A stretch of 64,000 bases of DNA from positions 744,001 through 808,000 of the forward strand of contig JBDOQK010000001.1 of the NCBI GenBank assembly GCA_040437565.1, in the 5' to 3' direction. This DNA is from Albugo candida. Taxonomy: Eukaryota. Positions 1-12,745 of this stretch are shown here, piece by piece (the stretch's first letter is position 1; each line of letters opens with the position of its first letter). The notes beneath the pieces were generated by a model, which searched no databases, was not told the origin of the DNA, and worked only from the letters and a program-made list of their open reading frames with translations. The position numbers and the translations under genes were made by a program.

Positions 1-1106
1 AGATACAGCTGAGCTCGGTGGACTGGCAAAGATTCTGGGCTATTTCTTTGGGCACCCGGCTCGGGCTTCGCTGGCTCGATCATGGCCCAGGTGAGTCGAA
101 TGAATGTTTTTATTGCGAAGTGTGGCTGATTACTATCGCTAGTGTGTCAACAATGTTACCAATTGGTGGTAACATAGTCTGGGGAAACAGTACTTATGCA
201 CCAGATGACTTGACCTCTCGATTCGCTACTCCTGCAAGCGATTCCACTGGTGAGGAGGCTGACAGATATGGAGAACACGACAGACAAAGTTCACACATGA
301 AGGAGTTGAATAAAAAGTTCAATCAGGAAGTCTACGAGCACATTACGCGTCATGGAAGCAATGGTCTGATTGTACGCTTTGGTGCGGATTCCGGGACCTC
401 GAATATCACCGCAAATGAGCTTCTTGAGCTTCTCGGAAATGTGGATGAGAAATTACGATACTTTCATTCCCAAGCCAAAACCAGTGAGGTCGCAGCGAAT
501 GCATCTGACCCCAAATATGACCACCCCAAATACTGGTCCAATCCGCTCGCAGCAAGCTTACCCTACGCACCAAACATGAAGCTGTTTTGCTTGTATGGAA
601 TCGGAAAACCTGTGGAGCGTGCTTATTTGTACAAACGAGCTCCAAGAACAATCGATGAGTCTATCCAGACAAGCTGCGACTCCGAAAGCGCTGCCGAAGA
701 ATGTTCCAGAATCGTTCCCCACATTCTGGACACGGAGTATATGGACCCACCTTGGATCAAAGCTGGCATTCATTTTGTCGATGGAGACGGAACGGTACCG
801 CTTGTATCATTGGGATATATGTGTGCGCGTGGCTGGCGGCCAACTGAAGAAGAAAAAGCTCGTGGCTGGAATCTGAACCCAGGAAGTGTTGACGTTCGTT
901 CTCGGGAATACATACACAATCCAGTCTCGCTGATAAAAGACCCTCGTGGAGGCCCAGAAACTTCCGATCATGTCGATATTATGGGGAATCATGCGCTGAT
1001 CCGAGATGTACTCCACATTGTCGCAAAAGAATACGACAAAGTCTCCAACCACGTGCTCTCAGAAATCCATCAGATCGCTGACCGCGTGCGCATCCCTGGA
1101 TCATAG
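1..1106 (+). CDS. PDAT: Phospholipid:diacylglycerol acyltransferase (PDAT/LRO1, LCAT family), 5'-partial
   Basis: Removing intron 91-142 gives DTAELGG..RSWPSVSTMLPIGG. Also YWSNPL..LPYAP, CLYGIGKPVERAY, DGDGTVPLVSLGYMC and HVDIMGN, typical of the PDAT C-terminal half. Confidence 0.9.
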   Translation, partial: IQLSSVDWQRFWAISLGTRLGLRWLDHGPGESNECFYCEVWLITIASVSTMLPIGGNIVWGNSTYAPDDLTSRFATPASDSTGEEADRYGEHDRQSSHMKELNKKFNQEVYEHITRHGSNGLIVRFGADSGTSNITANELLELLGNVDEKLRYFHSQAKTSEVAANASDPKYDHPKYWSNPLAASLPYAPNMKLFCLYGIGKPVERAYLYKRAPRTIDESIQTSCDSESAAEECSRIVPHILDTEYMDPPWIKAGIHFVDGDGTVPLVSLGYMCARGWRPTEEEKARGWNLNPGSVDVRSREYIHNPVSLIKDPRGGPETSDHVDIMGNHALIRDVLHIVAKEYDKVSNHVLSEIHQIADRVRIPGS

Positions 1107-1226
1107 ACTTTAAACCAATTATATGAAGCAAATAGGCTGCTTCCGCGATAAATAGCCAATCCTATAGCACTGGTGTTCTTTTTGTTCAATCAATTTCATT
1201 CTTGGCTGGTTGGTTCCAACGCGAAA

Positions 1227-2492
1227 ATGCCAAAAGCTCCACGAAATGTCAAGAGTAAACGCTCGTGTCCTTTGGAAAAACAGCTCGCATACGATAAGAT
1301 ACCATGGTACGAAAGTAAAAAAAATGGAAATGCTGTCAGCCAAAGTGATTTGGATGCAGTAAGTGAGGAAGATGAGCCTGAAAAGGTGACAGAGAAAACA
1401 ATAAGACTTGCCCGAGAACAGCAACAGGAAGAGCAGAATCGAACTCGGAATCCGAAACTAATGGTCGGAAATAGTAATCAAAAGGCTGAAAGCAGCGACG
1501 AAGGCTCGGACGATGATGATATGAGAGGAACAGACAGCGAAGAGGACGATTTGATCAAAGTCGAAGATGGTTACGTGCAGGAAGTCGAGCTTTTTGAAGA
1601 AGATGAGAGCGTTCTTGCAAGCTTTATGATGCCCTCTGCCTCTGAACGACGTAACTTGGCAGATATTATCATGGAAAAAATTCAACAGAAGGAAGCTGGT
1701 GAAGGAGAGATTGCAAGCAGCACATTGGAACGACAGTTTGATCCAAAAATTGTTCAAGTGTATACAGGCGTGGGAAAAATCTTGCATCGATACACGTCAG
1801 GGAAACTGCCGAAAGCTTTCAAAGTGATTCCGAGTCTGAGTTATTGGGAAGATATTTTGTGGCTAACAGAACCCAGTAAATGGTCACCTCATTCTATGTA
1901 TGCAACCACACGAATTTTTGCATCCAATTTGAACCCAAAAATGGCCGAGCGATTCTATAATATATTCTTATTAGAACATGTGCGTCAAGATATACGAGAC
2001 AACAAACGGCTCAATTTCCATCTATACATGGCGCTGAAGAAAGCACTGTACAAGCCTCAGGCTTTTTTCAAGGGCGTAATCTTACCTTTATGTGAGAGTC
2101 CAGATTGTACTCTCCGCGAAGCAACGATTATTGGAAGTGTTATGACAAAGGTCTCTGTACCTGTTATACATTCGGCGGCTGCTCTGATGAAGCTGACTCG
2201 ATTACCATATTCGGGTCCCAACAGTATTTTCATTCGATTGTTACTGAATAAGAAGTATAGTCTTCCAACACGTGTCATTGCCGAATTATGTCAACATTTC
2301 ATCTCATTCACAAATGAAGAGCGTGCGTTACCTGTACTATGGCATCAGGCTCTGCTTGTCTTTGCTCAGCGCTACAAAAATGGAATTGGAAAAGTCGAGA
2401 AAGAAAAATTGAAAATGTTATTGCGAAAGCATGCTCACCACCAAATCACTCCAGAAATACGAAGAGAGCTCTTCAACGCGGATCAAATGTAA
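1227..2492 (+). CDS. BYSL: Bystin / ENP1, 40S biogenesis factor
   Basis: YTSGKLPKAFKVIP, ATTRIFASNL, LNFHLYMALKKALYKPQAFFKG, LPVLWHQALLVFAQRY and HHQITPEIRREL. Intronless, ATG at 1227. Confidence 0.95.
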   Translation: MPKAPRNVKSKRSCPLEKQLAYDKIPWYESKKNGNAVSQSDLDAVSEEDEPEKVTEKTIRLAREQQQEEQNRTRNPKLMVGNSNQKAESSDEGSDDDDMRGTDSEEDDLIKVEDGYVQEVELFEEDESVLASFMMPSASERRNLADIIMEKIQQKEAGEGEIASSTLERQFDPKIVQVYTGVGKILHRYTSGKLPKAFKVIPSLSYWEDILWLTEPSKWSPHSMYATTRIFASNLNPKMAERFYNIFLLEHVRQDIRDNKRLNFHLYMALKKALYKPQAFFKGVILPLCESPDCTLREATIIGSVMTKVSVPVIHSAAALMKLTRLPYSGPNSIFIRLLLNKKYSLPTRVIAELCQHFISFTNEERALPVLWHQALLVFAQRYKNGIGKVEKEKLKMLLRKHAHHQITPEIRRELFNADQM

Positions 2493-2857
2493 TTGATATC
2501 GTACACATTAGAGAAGATCTGCTGAAACACGTTTACACTAATTTACTTGCAATGCACTGGCTTACATCTGAATTGGCTCTCATCACGACAATTGCTCCTC
2601 ATTCAGACGATTTAGCTCATTCTCAATATTGATGATAGGCTCTTGTTACAAAAGCGTTTATCCGCTATGAGCGGTCCTGTGGCTCTATAGTAAAGCCCGG
2701 GTGTATTGTTCTTTGGCACTAATCAGTCTTTTCTGCGTGCATCTGCTCGCTGGCATCTTTGTATCGGTTCTTGGACTTGAGTCGATGGCTTGAGCTCCAA
2801 GTCTATCCATCCGCCATATACATCGGAGCACCTCAGTACAAGCCTTCGAAGATGAGC

Positions 2858-3647
2858 CTAATGTAAGTTTCCCAAAATTGACACTCCATCACACCATGCA
2901 TCGATTCAGCTCGTAACTATGATCGACGGAAATGCCTGCTTTGTATCAATCAAGCTACATGTCTTATAATCCATGGATTGAGTTTATACAACGTATACAA
3001 CACACACAGGGCACATCATAGGGAATGGACGTGGATACGACACTGCATGCCAATTGCGAGACAAAAACCTGCGCTAATATAGAGATCTTCAGGAAGACCT
3101 TCTGCCATTTTGACTGCTGAGTTACAGAAATTTCTGTTCACCACCTTCTGAAATGGATCATGACATTCAGAAAGGAAATGCGACACACAAAGCCGTATGA
3201 ATNNNNNNNNNNNNNNNNNNNNNNNNNNNNNNNNNNNNNNNNNNNNNNNNNNNNNNNNNNNNNNNNNNNNNNNNNNNNNNNNNNNNNNNNNNNNNNNNNN
3301 NNCTAATGTAAGTTTCCCAAAATTGACACTCCATCACACCATGCATCGATTCAGCTCGTAACTATGATCGACGGAAATGCCTGCTTTGTATCAATCAAGC
3401 TACATGTCTTATAATCCATGGATTGAGTTTATACAACGTATACAACACACACAGGGCACATCATAGGGAATGGACGTGGATACGACACTGCATGCCAATT
3501 GCGAGACAAAAACCTGCGCTAATATAGAGATCTTCAGGAAGACCTTCTGCCATTTTGACTGCTGAGTTACAGAAATTTCTGTTCACCACCTTCTGAAATG
3601 GATCATGACATTCAGAAAGGAAATGCGACACACAAAGCCGTATGAAT
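2858..3647. repeat. Direct duplication across N-gap (2858-3202 = 3303-3647); probable assembly overlap
   Basis: The same sequence lies on both sides of a 100-N gap, offset 445. Confidence 0.9.
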
Positions 3648-4269
3648 ACTCTACTTAATAGTTTGGAAACTTTGTGTCTCAAGAAGACGCCAGAGGTAGA
3701 AACTATCATGATATAACAGCGTTTCTATATGATCCGTGCGGGTTTACACTCAGACACGGAATAAGTTCAAATTTTCAGTATGTGATAGTGTCGCTTCTCA
3801 AAAGGTACAGGTATCTTTCGAGGTAGCTTCTACTACACTAGACAGATATGTCCTAGCAAATGACGTTATTTATCTGCTGTACTACGAAAGACACCTGCTG
3901 AAAACCACAATGAATTAGATTTTCGTAGAGCGCATTCGCTCACCCTCTCCTTCCATGAGTTCAAATTCTGCATTTGAAGCTTCCATCTTAATCAGCATTA
4001 GTGCTAAAAATCAGTTTATGATAAGTTCCTCTTCTGTACACATATATACAGCACTGAACCTGGCCTCGCCTAAGTAGAGGTTGTATTATACACCACGCAC
4101 CACTTCTTGACCAGACCAATCTTCAAGTATACTACTAATATTCGTATACCTTGTGAAGTCACGTCACGANNNNNNNNNNNNNNNNNNNNNNNNNNNNNNN
4201 NNNNNNNNNNNNNNNNNNNNNNNNNNNNNNNNNNNNNNNNNNNNNNNNNNNNNNNNNNNNNNNNNNNNN

Positions 4270-5696
4270 ATGTAGGAATCGCCTCCCAAACACAAAATAT
4301 TTGGCCAGCGGATATCCCTATGAACGTACCCCAGTGCATGCAAGCCAACAAGAGCACGAGCGACACAAATTAACGCAGGAACCAGCTCCAAATCATTGCT
4401 TGGTAGCTTTGTAAAACCCACTGGCTGCAATTTGAACGTTCGTTTGTATCTATTATAGTTGCAACGAACGGTACACTGAATTTGGTTCCGTCCTATTGCG
4501 TCATAAATAGCCATTACTGATTCAAAATCGCAAGGGTCTTGGTTGAGTTTTTTTAACAAGTGGTCTTCGTAAAGTGTTACACTTCCGCTGCTTCTTGATA
4601 TTTGCTTATACATTGGCAAAATTCCGTCTGGTAGTAGAGATTGGTAATGGTTGAGGATCCGACAAATGTTGATCGATGATACAACACATCGGATACGATT
4701 CCGTAAAACTGTCAAATTGAGCTGCTGTGATATCACATTGACATTTAACGAACGATCTATGACCAAAAATTGCACCCATGAATTGGCCGCGGCATATGCA
4801 AACAAAAACGGCGTCTTTCCAAATACGGGCAAGGGCATCTTTGTCATTTTTGCAATCAATTCGACCTTTGCTTTATCCAACTCCAAAGGCCCTTTTTCTT
4901 CTCCCTTCATGACCAAAACATTATTCAGCCACAGTAGGAAGTCTGGTCGCTTTGAACGTTTCGTAGTAGATTTATCGATTTGATTTCTTCCAGCTAGAAG
5001 AGGTATATCCAAAATAGATGCCGTCTCTTCGATCGGATTTCGAATCAGCATATCCCACCATTGAATATTTGCACTTTCAGCATCCGAAAACGTAAAACGT
5101 CGATTCAAAGCATCGTGAAACACATCTGGTTTGATAAATCTGTCTTCAGAATGCTCGAAAAAGTCCGGCCGCACGTTAATCAGTGTATCATCACTGGTCG
5201 GGTATTTCATAGGTAAGGGTGATGAAATAAACGCTTCCAGTTTTTTAGACGTAGTGAGAGCACTCATTTCCACATCTCGCAATTTCTGCGCATAAAGAGC
5301 TGTGATATCTTCACGCACTTTTTGACGTTTGAAAGCATTTCCTGGCAATTGAACGAGCACGTGGATTACTTTCTTTTTTGGTACATTTTGATCGAAAATG
5401 TCCTGCAACTCGTCAGGCGAATCCATGAACGATTCCGCGCTCATGTAAAAATCTTTGATTTCCTGCGGACAGTCTTCTTTGGATAGTTGATAGCGAACAG
5501 CGTCCTTAGACCTGAGAAATTCGCCGTTTTTCTTCGCCAAATAGAGCGTCAGTTCATCTGCATCGCAAAAAATCGATTTCTGCTTCTCCTTCACAATTTC
5601 TTTTTTCAGAAAATGAACCTGCTCACCACCATCGATCTTGCAAGAAAATGTCGCTCCATGACCAACAATAAGACACGTCAAGGTCAACTCCACCAT
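4270..5696 (-). CDS. CRN: Crinkler (CRN)-family protein: CRN N-terminal domain, restriction-endonuclease-like domain and kinase domain; 3' end lost in gap
   Basis: N-terminus MVELTLTCLIVG..LKKEI..DADELTLYLAKK (LxLFLAK variant) and HVLVQLP boundary motif. RPDF-x-KGEEK is PD-(D/E)xK-like; VHRDIRWPNIL is a kinase catalytic loop. Confidence 0.9.
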
Positions 5697-7936
5697 TGCT
5701 CTCTGGTTTTTCTTGTTATGAATTTTAGTTATTTGTTCTCTGGTTTTTCTTTTTTTTAATTTCAGTTATCTGTTCTGCTGTACCGTATGCTTCACAAATT
5801 CGTTGTTCCCAAGAAACTTACTGACACGCATGAGTCAGATAATGAAAGTTTACTTTTGGTGAAATGTCTCTATATCCAGCACTTGAGCAAGCAAGGATTT
5901 TTTTTTCAGGACGGCAGCTCCCCTCGATGCTTTTTGCAGTGAGTCGTGAGACGCCTACTCTCATTCTACGATTCTGTCGATAGAATGCTTGCGATAATGC
6001 ATTTAAACTTTAGTACAGATTTTGCACAACGCTTGAGCCATAGATAACATTCTACATCAAATGGGGCAGAAGCAGCAGTAACTTGCAATAGTTTGTTGTT
6101 TTCGCAAATGTCCTCATATGAGTAATGCACGCTTCGAACAAAGGATGTCTTTCCTAGACCGCAAAAGCTCTACAATAGCAATCGATCAACCATAGATCTC
6201 ATTATTTTCGCTTGATGATCGCTTCCGCATGCCTCCTGGTAATCGTAAATGCGTTTTTAGACGGCACGCGTCATGACATGAATAATCTCAGCAAACTCAA
6301 AACTGATCAATACCAAGAATATATCCCCAGCGAGTCTATATGTTTTGGTAGCGATCACAGCTGTTACCTGGTGTCTTCGAATGCATTCGATCACTCAAGT
6401 TTGCGTTCGTGGCCTTCACATAATCATTTTGAGCTGCTCAAGCACACCAGCGTATTTGGTATTCTCCTCACCGGTACCAATAATAGCGCTCTTCATCGTT
6501 GAAGTGTGATGAAAGCGTACTAGCTTCCGGCTATGTATTTAAAGCCAAGAAGTCTTTACAAAATCGAATAGATGTTGGGGTATCCCTATACCGTCATTTT
6601 GGTGTATTAATGATTGTTGCCAAACTTCTGCTCAGCTTGGAACTAATGTTAGCTTGACTTGAAAGTTTTTGAGTCCGAGTGAGATAACTATGCTGCTATT
6701 TTGACTTGCACTCGAGTCAATCTTCAAGTACTTCGGTATTTTGTTTCTTTACTTTATGGATTGTTGCAATTTCGACTTCAAGGACAAATTCTCTTACTAT
6801 GTCGTTCCACTTGCATCCACTCCCTCCTAAGAGCAGTTGCAATAATTCATCAGTTTGAGCCTCAATTTAATATACAATGCCCAACCAAAACTCCCCCATC
6901 TCAAATATAGTCGGAAGTTCATCCTCGAAATATCTACAGAATGCCTCAAACTCACATCGTCAATTCAATTACAAGCGAGACTTGAGGACGTATCGATCAG
7001 TTCGTGAGCATCATACCAGAAATCGGTATTTGTGTCAATTGCGCACCAAGCAAAACGATACATTGTAAAAAGCTTCGAAGTCCCAGTACACCAATTGACC
7101 TGATCAAAACATTTGTAGACGTTAGTTAAATTATCTTTCGTTGTTCGATGACTAATTTTTCCTATAAAATGTGTACATATTTGTCTCTATAGAAAACACT
7201 CAAACGTAGTAATACGTGTCCTCGTATTGAAGTTAGCCATCATCAGTACATTCCAGAAACTCATAATTGCTACCTCGCTTTCTACTGCCATTTTTCTGCT
7301 CGTAAACAGTTGGTAGAGTTGGCTCACCGACATCAATACGTCGTTTTGGTTCTCTTTAAAGTGTGCTGTTCGATGAATAGTATACAGTCATCGGTAGAGC
7401 AAGTAATCAATATTTCGAAGTTACACCCGATTCTAATTATTAATTCGAGCCATTATTCATAGCATTCTTTGTTGATTGAGAATTCTATGCATTTTTCTGC
7501 TCGTAACTCTTCCATCAGAATTTCCGGGTAGAGTCGCTTTTGTCAATCACGCTGGTGAGTCCCTTCGCAATGTCAACACTGAATCTCTATTCTCACTGGA
7601 CTGGTAAATTGGTCGATTTTAATGTTATAGATCAACACTATGATTTGTCTCACAGCGACACGATTTGAAAATGGGTGATAGATTCCTGCCTTCAACAAAC
7701 ACCAAACTACTTTCACATATTGCAGAGCTACTGTTGACGTGTTTCGGTAATCATTTGCATACCGCGACGCTCAAAGTCTTCAATCCCTAGCGGAGAAAGC
7801 GTCCGGATGCTAGATCGATTAATTCCGTTCCACATTAATGACTACGTAGACGCTGATTTATTTGACTGGACGCGCATCGAACGTGAAGGGTGCACATCGA
7901 CTACCTTAATCCGTATTCCGCACGACGCCAACTTCG

Positions 7937-9182
7937 TCATAAGCTCTTGGAATATAATTCGTTCCGAACAGCGGCACTTCGTTCTTCTAAACGCCGAGAA
8001 TTTGGTGGATGAACTTGCATTGTATAGTTATATCGTCTTCGAAAATCTTTTTTCTCGCTCAGTGAGCGAAGGGCAAAGTAATACTTTGCATAGACTGTGG
8101 CAGATACATATAAATCCCATTGAATCTGGTTTAAGAATAATCTCTCCAATCGGTTGATACATGTGAGAGGATACTGTGGATAGATACAATTAAACTCAAC
8201 ATTCCACGAGCTCAAGTCTTGCCAAACCTATCCAAAGATGCAATTAACGTCAGCAATAATCTCAAGCATATATGTGTATGTTTACCTTGGAGGCCAAAAG
8301 CAAACCGCATAGTACGATAGGTTTCCATGTGGCTGCCAATAAAGGTACATCTGCTTGTTCCATTAGACGTTCGATGTAAATAAGGCAGACAATCGTGCAT
8401 TCAGGACTCAGCTGTGCCTTTTGGAACAAATGTTGACAAAAGCGAAATATCTCTTCAACATTTGGCACGTGAGCCTTTGAAGTGACTTTTTCCATTAAAT
8501 ATGTCGTCAGCGGATGCAGACGAGGATGCCGTATAAATTTATACCGATACTGAGGTGTTACAAAATGCTCTTCACGAAAAAGTTCATCGATTGGAATATC
8601 ATTCAGCTTGAAAGAGGAAAGGTTCTGATCATTGGACCACGAAGCTCGATAACGGTTATCAATTGTTTGTGACGAAGAAGAAGATCCGCAAGAAGCCAAT
8701 GCTTCTTTTCTTGCGGTATTTAACGCATCCGTTTGAGGACTATCCTCCAGAAAGCGCCCTTCATTTTTTGCGGCATTGATATTTATAAGAGCTGCTTGTT
8801 GCTCATGAAATCTCTTTTCACAACGTCGCAAATGTTGATACAAAACAACACTCACACGACGCAGAAAGTCGTCGTAATTCGGATTTACAACTGAGCTAAC
8901 GGATGTGGGTGGAGCTAAACTTTGAACTCGATCGTCTGGTTTTCGATATTGAAGTGAGCTTGAGTCAGTCAGACGAGGTGTGAACACTGTGTGTGTGGGT
9001 TTAAAATGGATTTTCGATCCGTTCGAGTCAGCCTGACCGCTATTCAAACCATCATCATTCGATTCGAGTCCATTTTCATCCTCTTCTACTGAGCTAGGCA
9101 GAAAAGGAGATAAAGCCAAATTGTGATCCGGTACTAAAGAGCGCACTTGCATAGACGCGTTCACTTCTGGCGTATCCAGCAT
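7937..9182 (-). CDS. Cyclin Y-like protein
   Basis: Removing intron 8228-8285 gives [71 protein letters not shown], the cyclin Y box. Confidence 0.88.
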
Positions 9183-9678
9183 TTTTTTTGCTCAATGCGT
9201 AAAAGTAAGAGGGGCAGTCAGCTCGGCACTGACTTGATTGCAAAAAAATCGAAAGAAAAAAATTCCATTTTTAGTAGAATGATTGACATTATTACACACA
9301 CATAACCAATCGTACAACTCCTTACTGGATCCTATTCTTATCCAATTGTCCAACCGGTACTCACTTTCATCGGAGATGTGCATTACATTTCCAAATACTT
9401 GCACGCTGATAATGATGCAATCACTCTAAAGAATCGTAATCGAGATGATGGAGGGAACGAGCCCTTTTGTAAGTCGATTGAAGTTGCAAAACAAAAGATT
9501 TAAGCCCTGAGGACTGAGGAAGCATAACGCTTCGAATGCTGAAAGTCACAAAACCGACTTCTACAGGATATCATTTTCTTGAAGCTGGAGACAAGTAAGC
9601 ACACTACTCTGAAATGTTTCATGACGGATGGGTAGAGCAAAATTTCGATCGTGAGTTTGAATGGGAAGATGTCTTAGT

Positions 9679-10953
9679 TTATTGCAATCGACGAGAAGTT
9701 TTTGCTTCGTGTATGGCTTGTTCTCGTAAGACATGTGCGCTTCTTGCTTCATATTCATCTAAAGAACTTCTAACCGCATCAAATGCAGATTCGATTTTGC
9801 TTTCATCTTGTGTCTTTAAAGCCTCTGACAAAGATTGAGCTTTGGCTGGACAGATAATATTCGCCAAACAAATTTGAAGCGCTGCCGCAGACTGGAAGCA
9901 TTCGATTTCAGACTGACAGCTATCAAGCTTCTTTAACAAATGGTGGCATGAGCTTTGGACTTTTTCGAAAGTCTTTCCTACTTCTTCTGCTGAAAGAGTA
10001 ATATTTGTGGAAGGAATCTGTTTATCCTTGTGGGATTCCTCTTGTTTGATCATGCGATTGATTTCATTTTTGGAAAAGGTTTTATAAATCGGAAATTTGA
10101 TTCGATCAATAAACGATCCAACCGAGTCGACGGCTGGTCTTAGATTGACGGAGATATTGGACTGTGTCTCTGACGGTAGATTCTTCTCTTGCACCATGTT
10201 GTTTTCATCGTGATAGTAATCGATGACATAACGCACTTGTTCGTCACCTTCCCGAACTATTATCCAATCGTGCCGATCGAAAGGTTTTCCAAACCTTACA
10301 ATAAGAGCATGGCATATGAAGCGACACATTCATACAGATAAAGAGGCTTAGAACTCACCCAAACATGTACTTGAACCAAGCTAAAGGAGACAAATCATCA
10401 GGCCGACCATGAAATTTCAAAAGCTTCGGATTTGAACTACACAAAAGAGCAAACTAGGTCAAAATAGATGGCATTAAGTCTCTAATAGGTACCCAGGATG
10501 ACAGACGCGCTCATATTCTTCCAATTTGGCCCATGTAAGCTCATTCATTTTATTGTGAATTGCAATGAGTGTGGGTACGTCCCCTTCGTGTACATCATCT
10601 CCTTTGCCCTTGCGTTTTAATGCATTGTAAAACATTTGCTCTGATGGATACATCCAAGCATCTTCTGTTCCACCTTTGGGAATGCTTGAGCGAACTCGTT
10701 CTTTTAAAAGCGGATAATTTTGTGTCTCATGAGGTTCTTGATTTGGATTCGCGGGCATCATATTATCAGGATTTACAAGCTGGCCATACACATTGTAGAC
10801 CTCACGTTGCTTCGTTTTTTGCTTTACAGGACACGTTTGAAGAAATCGAGCTTCTTTTTTCGAAATAGGACATTCTGATGCATTCAGACTTGTTTGATCC
10901 GTTGAAATGTTCGGATCTTTTTCATTGTCTGGTCTAGTGGACTGATTGCCCAT
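9679..10953 (-). CDS. HCCS: Holocytochrome c synthase (cytochrome c heme lyase) with C-terminal extension
   Basis: CP heme motifs (ECPI, TCPV), ERVRSSIPK, WMYPSEQMFYNALKRKG, IHNKMNELTW, PFDRHDW, VRYVIDYY and RPAVDS. Two short introns near 10440-10490 and 10298-10358. Confidence 0.93.
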
Positions 10954-11167
10954 TGCCTCCAATGAGAATGATTGGACACGAAGTTTGTAATTGGTCGTAC
11001 AATGCAAGTATTATCCAGTTATGGTGGGGTATTATGAAGCTAGTGTTATTGTGAACTTAATATAATTNNNNNNNNNNNNNNNNNNNNNNNNNNNNNNNNN
11101 NNNNNNNNNNNNNNNNNNNNNNNNNNNNNNNNNNNNNNNNNNNNNNNNNNNNNNNNNNNNNNNNNNN

Positions 11168-12745
11168 TTTGGACCATGTGATCATGAACATCTCGAATAT
11201 AAGCGGTCACAACTTCATCAAAGTCTTTACTTTCAATCAAGTATCTCAATACTTCTCGTGCGGGCTTCAATAGTCTTGGTAGACGAAACAACTCGTTCTT
11301 CAAACAGCGCAGCTTGGTTATATCAAAACGCTGTCTGAGCGTATCCAATTCATCTTCCAATGTGATCAAAATTTCTGTGATGGAATCCATCACAGTTGTC
11401 ACTTGGTCGACTATCACATCCAAGACCGCGTACAGAAGAAATTTAGCGTCATTGTGCCGCAATTTCGAGTACGGAATTGTTAGTCGATGATTCAGCTCGT
11501 CCCAAATATTGGTCGAATCACCATCTTTGACCGTGATGAGGGTGCAATTTCCCACAATAAATATTGCTACATGCTCGATCCAGATTTTAAAAGGGTCTTC
11601 GTTGTCATCTACTTTCTGCGGATTCGTAAAAGAATCACCACGATTCAATGGAATTGGACCGGCTTTAGGAGATGTGGTGGAATCCAATCGGAACAGACTC
11701 GATAGTGATTTTGAGCGAGACTTTTGGCGCACTTTTGCCATATTTACATTCTTCTCATAGATCGACTCCATTCGCAAGACCGGAAACACAAGAAAAATGT
11801 GTCCTTCATACAAATCAAATTTCGGTCGCTCGTGCATTTCAAGTGTATCTTCAATGGCCAGAGGATGGAGTCGATACTTGATAGCAAAGCGCTTTAGATT
11901 CAATCCATCCGGCCCGTTCATATTAATCCAGCGGACGGTTACCCAAGAGGGGCGATTCGATGTGAAGAAAGCAAACAAGTCTTCCTCCGTCAGCCGATAC
12001 TGCTGAAATCGAGCACTAGAGAAATCCGTGACTGTGATAATAGCCGATCGGTAATTGGTAGGCACCATGCGCGCAATCGTATTTTTCTCGAACAAATGCA
12101 CCAATTTCAACTTATGGACTGCGGCGTCAAACTGAGGAAACGAGACTCTGTGACTGGCTTGGCGATCAATGCTGCCTACAAGTTTGAGAAATGCCGCATC
12201 GTCGCAACAGCGTATACCGATTCCTTCAATCGCTTGCTTGAATCCCTCATAGGTGATACAATCGGTCTCTGCAAATATACAAAATAGCTCAAGGTCTGTA
12301 CAATGAGGCACTAAAACATGGATTTGGTACCATCAGGATGCGCATTGTCAAATATGACACGAAGACGAGATATCGTCACATCAAAGTAAGGATCCAGCAC
12401 CGATAATTCTGCATCTTGATATGAACGAGAAGGTCCATGAAAAGTTGTGAACCCATCGGATTTCGGGCTATAAATGAAAGAAACTTTATCAAGACTGAGC
12501 TCAACTTCCGTTTGCATATGGCGCAATCGATCCGTATCCGTCATTCCTGCTACATCAGCTTGCGGTTCCTCAGAGAATATTAATTCAGACCGATGGTTGG
12601 GATCTTCATGCGGAGAGGATTGGACAGTGATACTTTTCAGTAAGGGCGTTTCTTCATCGGTATGGTAAAAGTCCATTGAACGCCCCTGTTTTATGGTCGT
12701 ATGGTCGCTTTGAGCGTTTTTTTGATTACTTTTCTTATAAAACAT
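11168..12745 (-). CDS. CorA-family Mg2+ transporter with N-terminal EF-hand-like pair; 3' end (TM/GMN) lost in gap
   Basis: VRWINMNG, YRLHPLAIEDTL..ERPKFDLY, LLYAVLDVIVD and YIRDVHDH. Intron 12269-12330. Confidence 0.85.

Noticed and set aside
2900-3700. Ty3/gypsy remnant (PPSEMDHDI resembles the pre-RT segment)
   Set aside because: One weak motif only; no RT, integrase or LTR evidence.
7290-7506. 17-bp direct repeat CATTTTTCTGCTCGTAA about 200 bp apart
   Set aside because: Only two copies, with no array or element structure.
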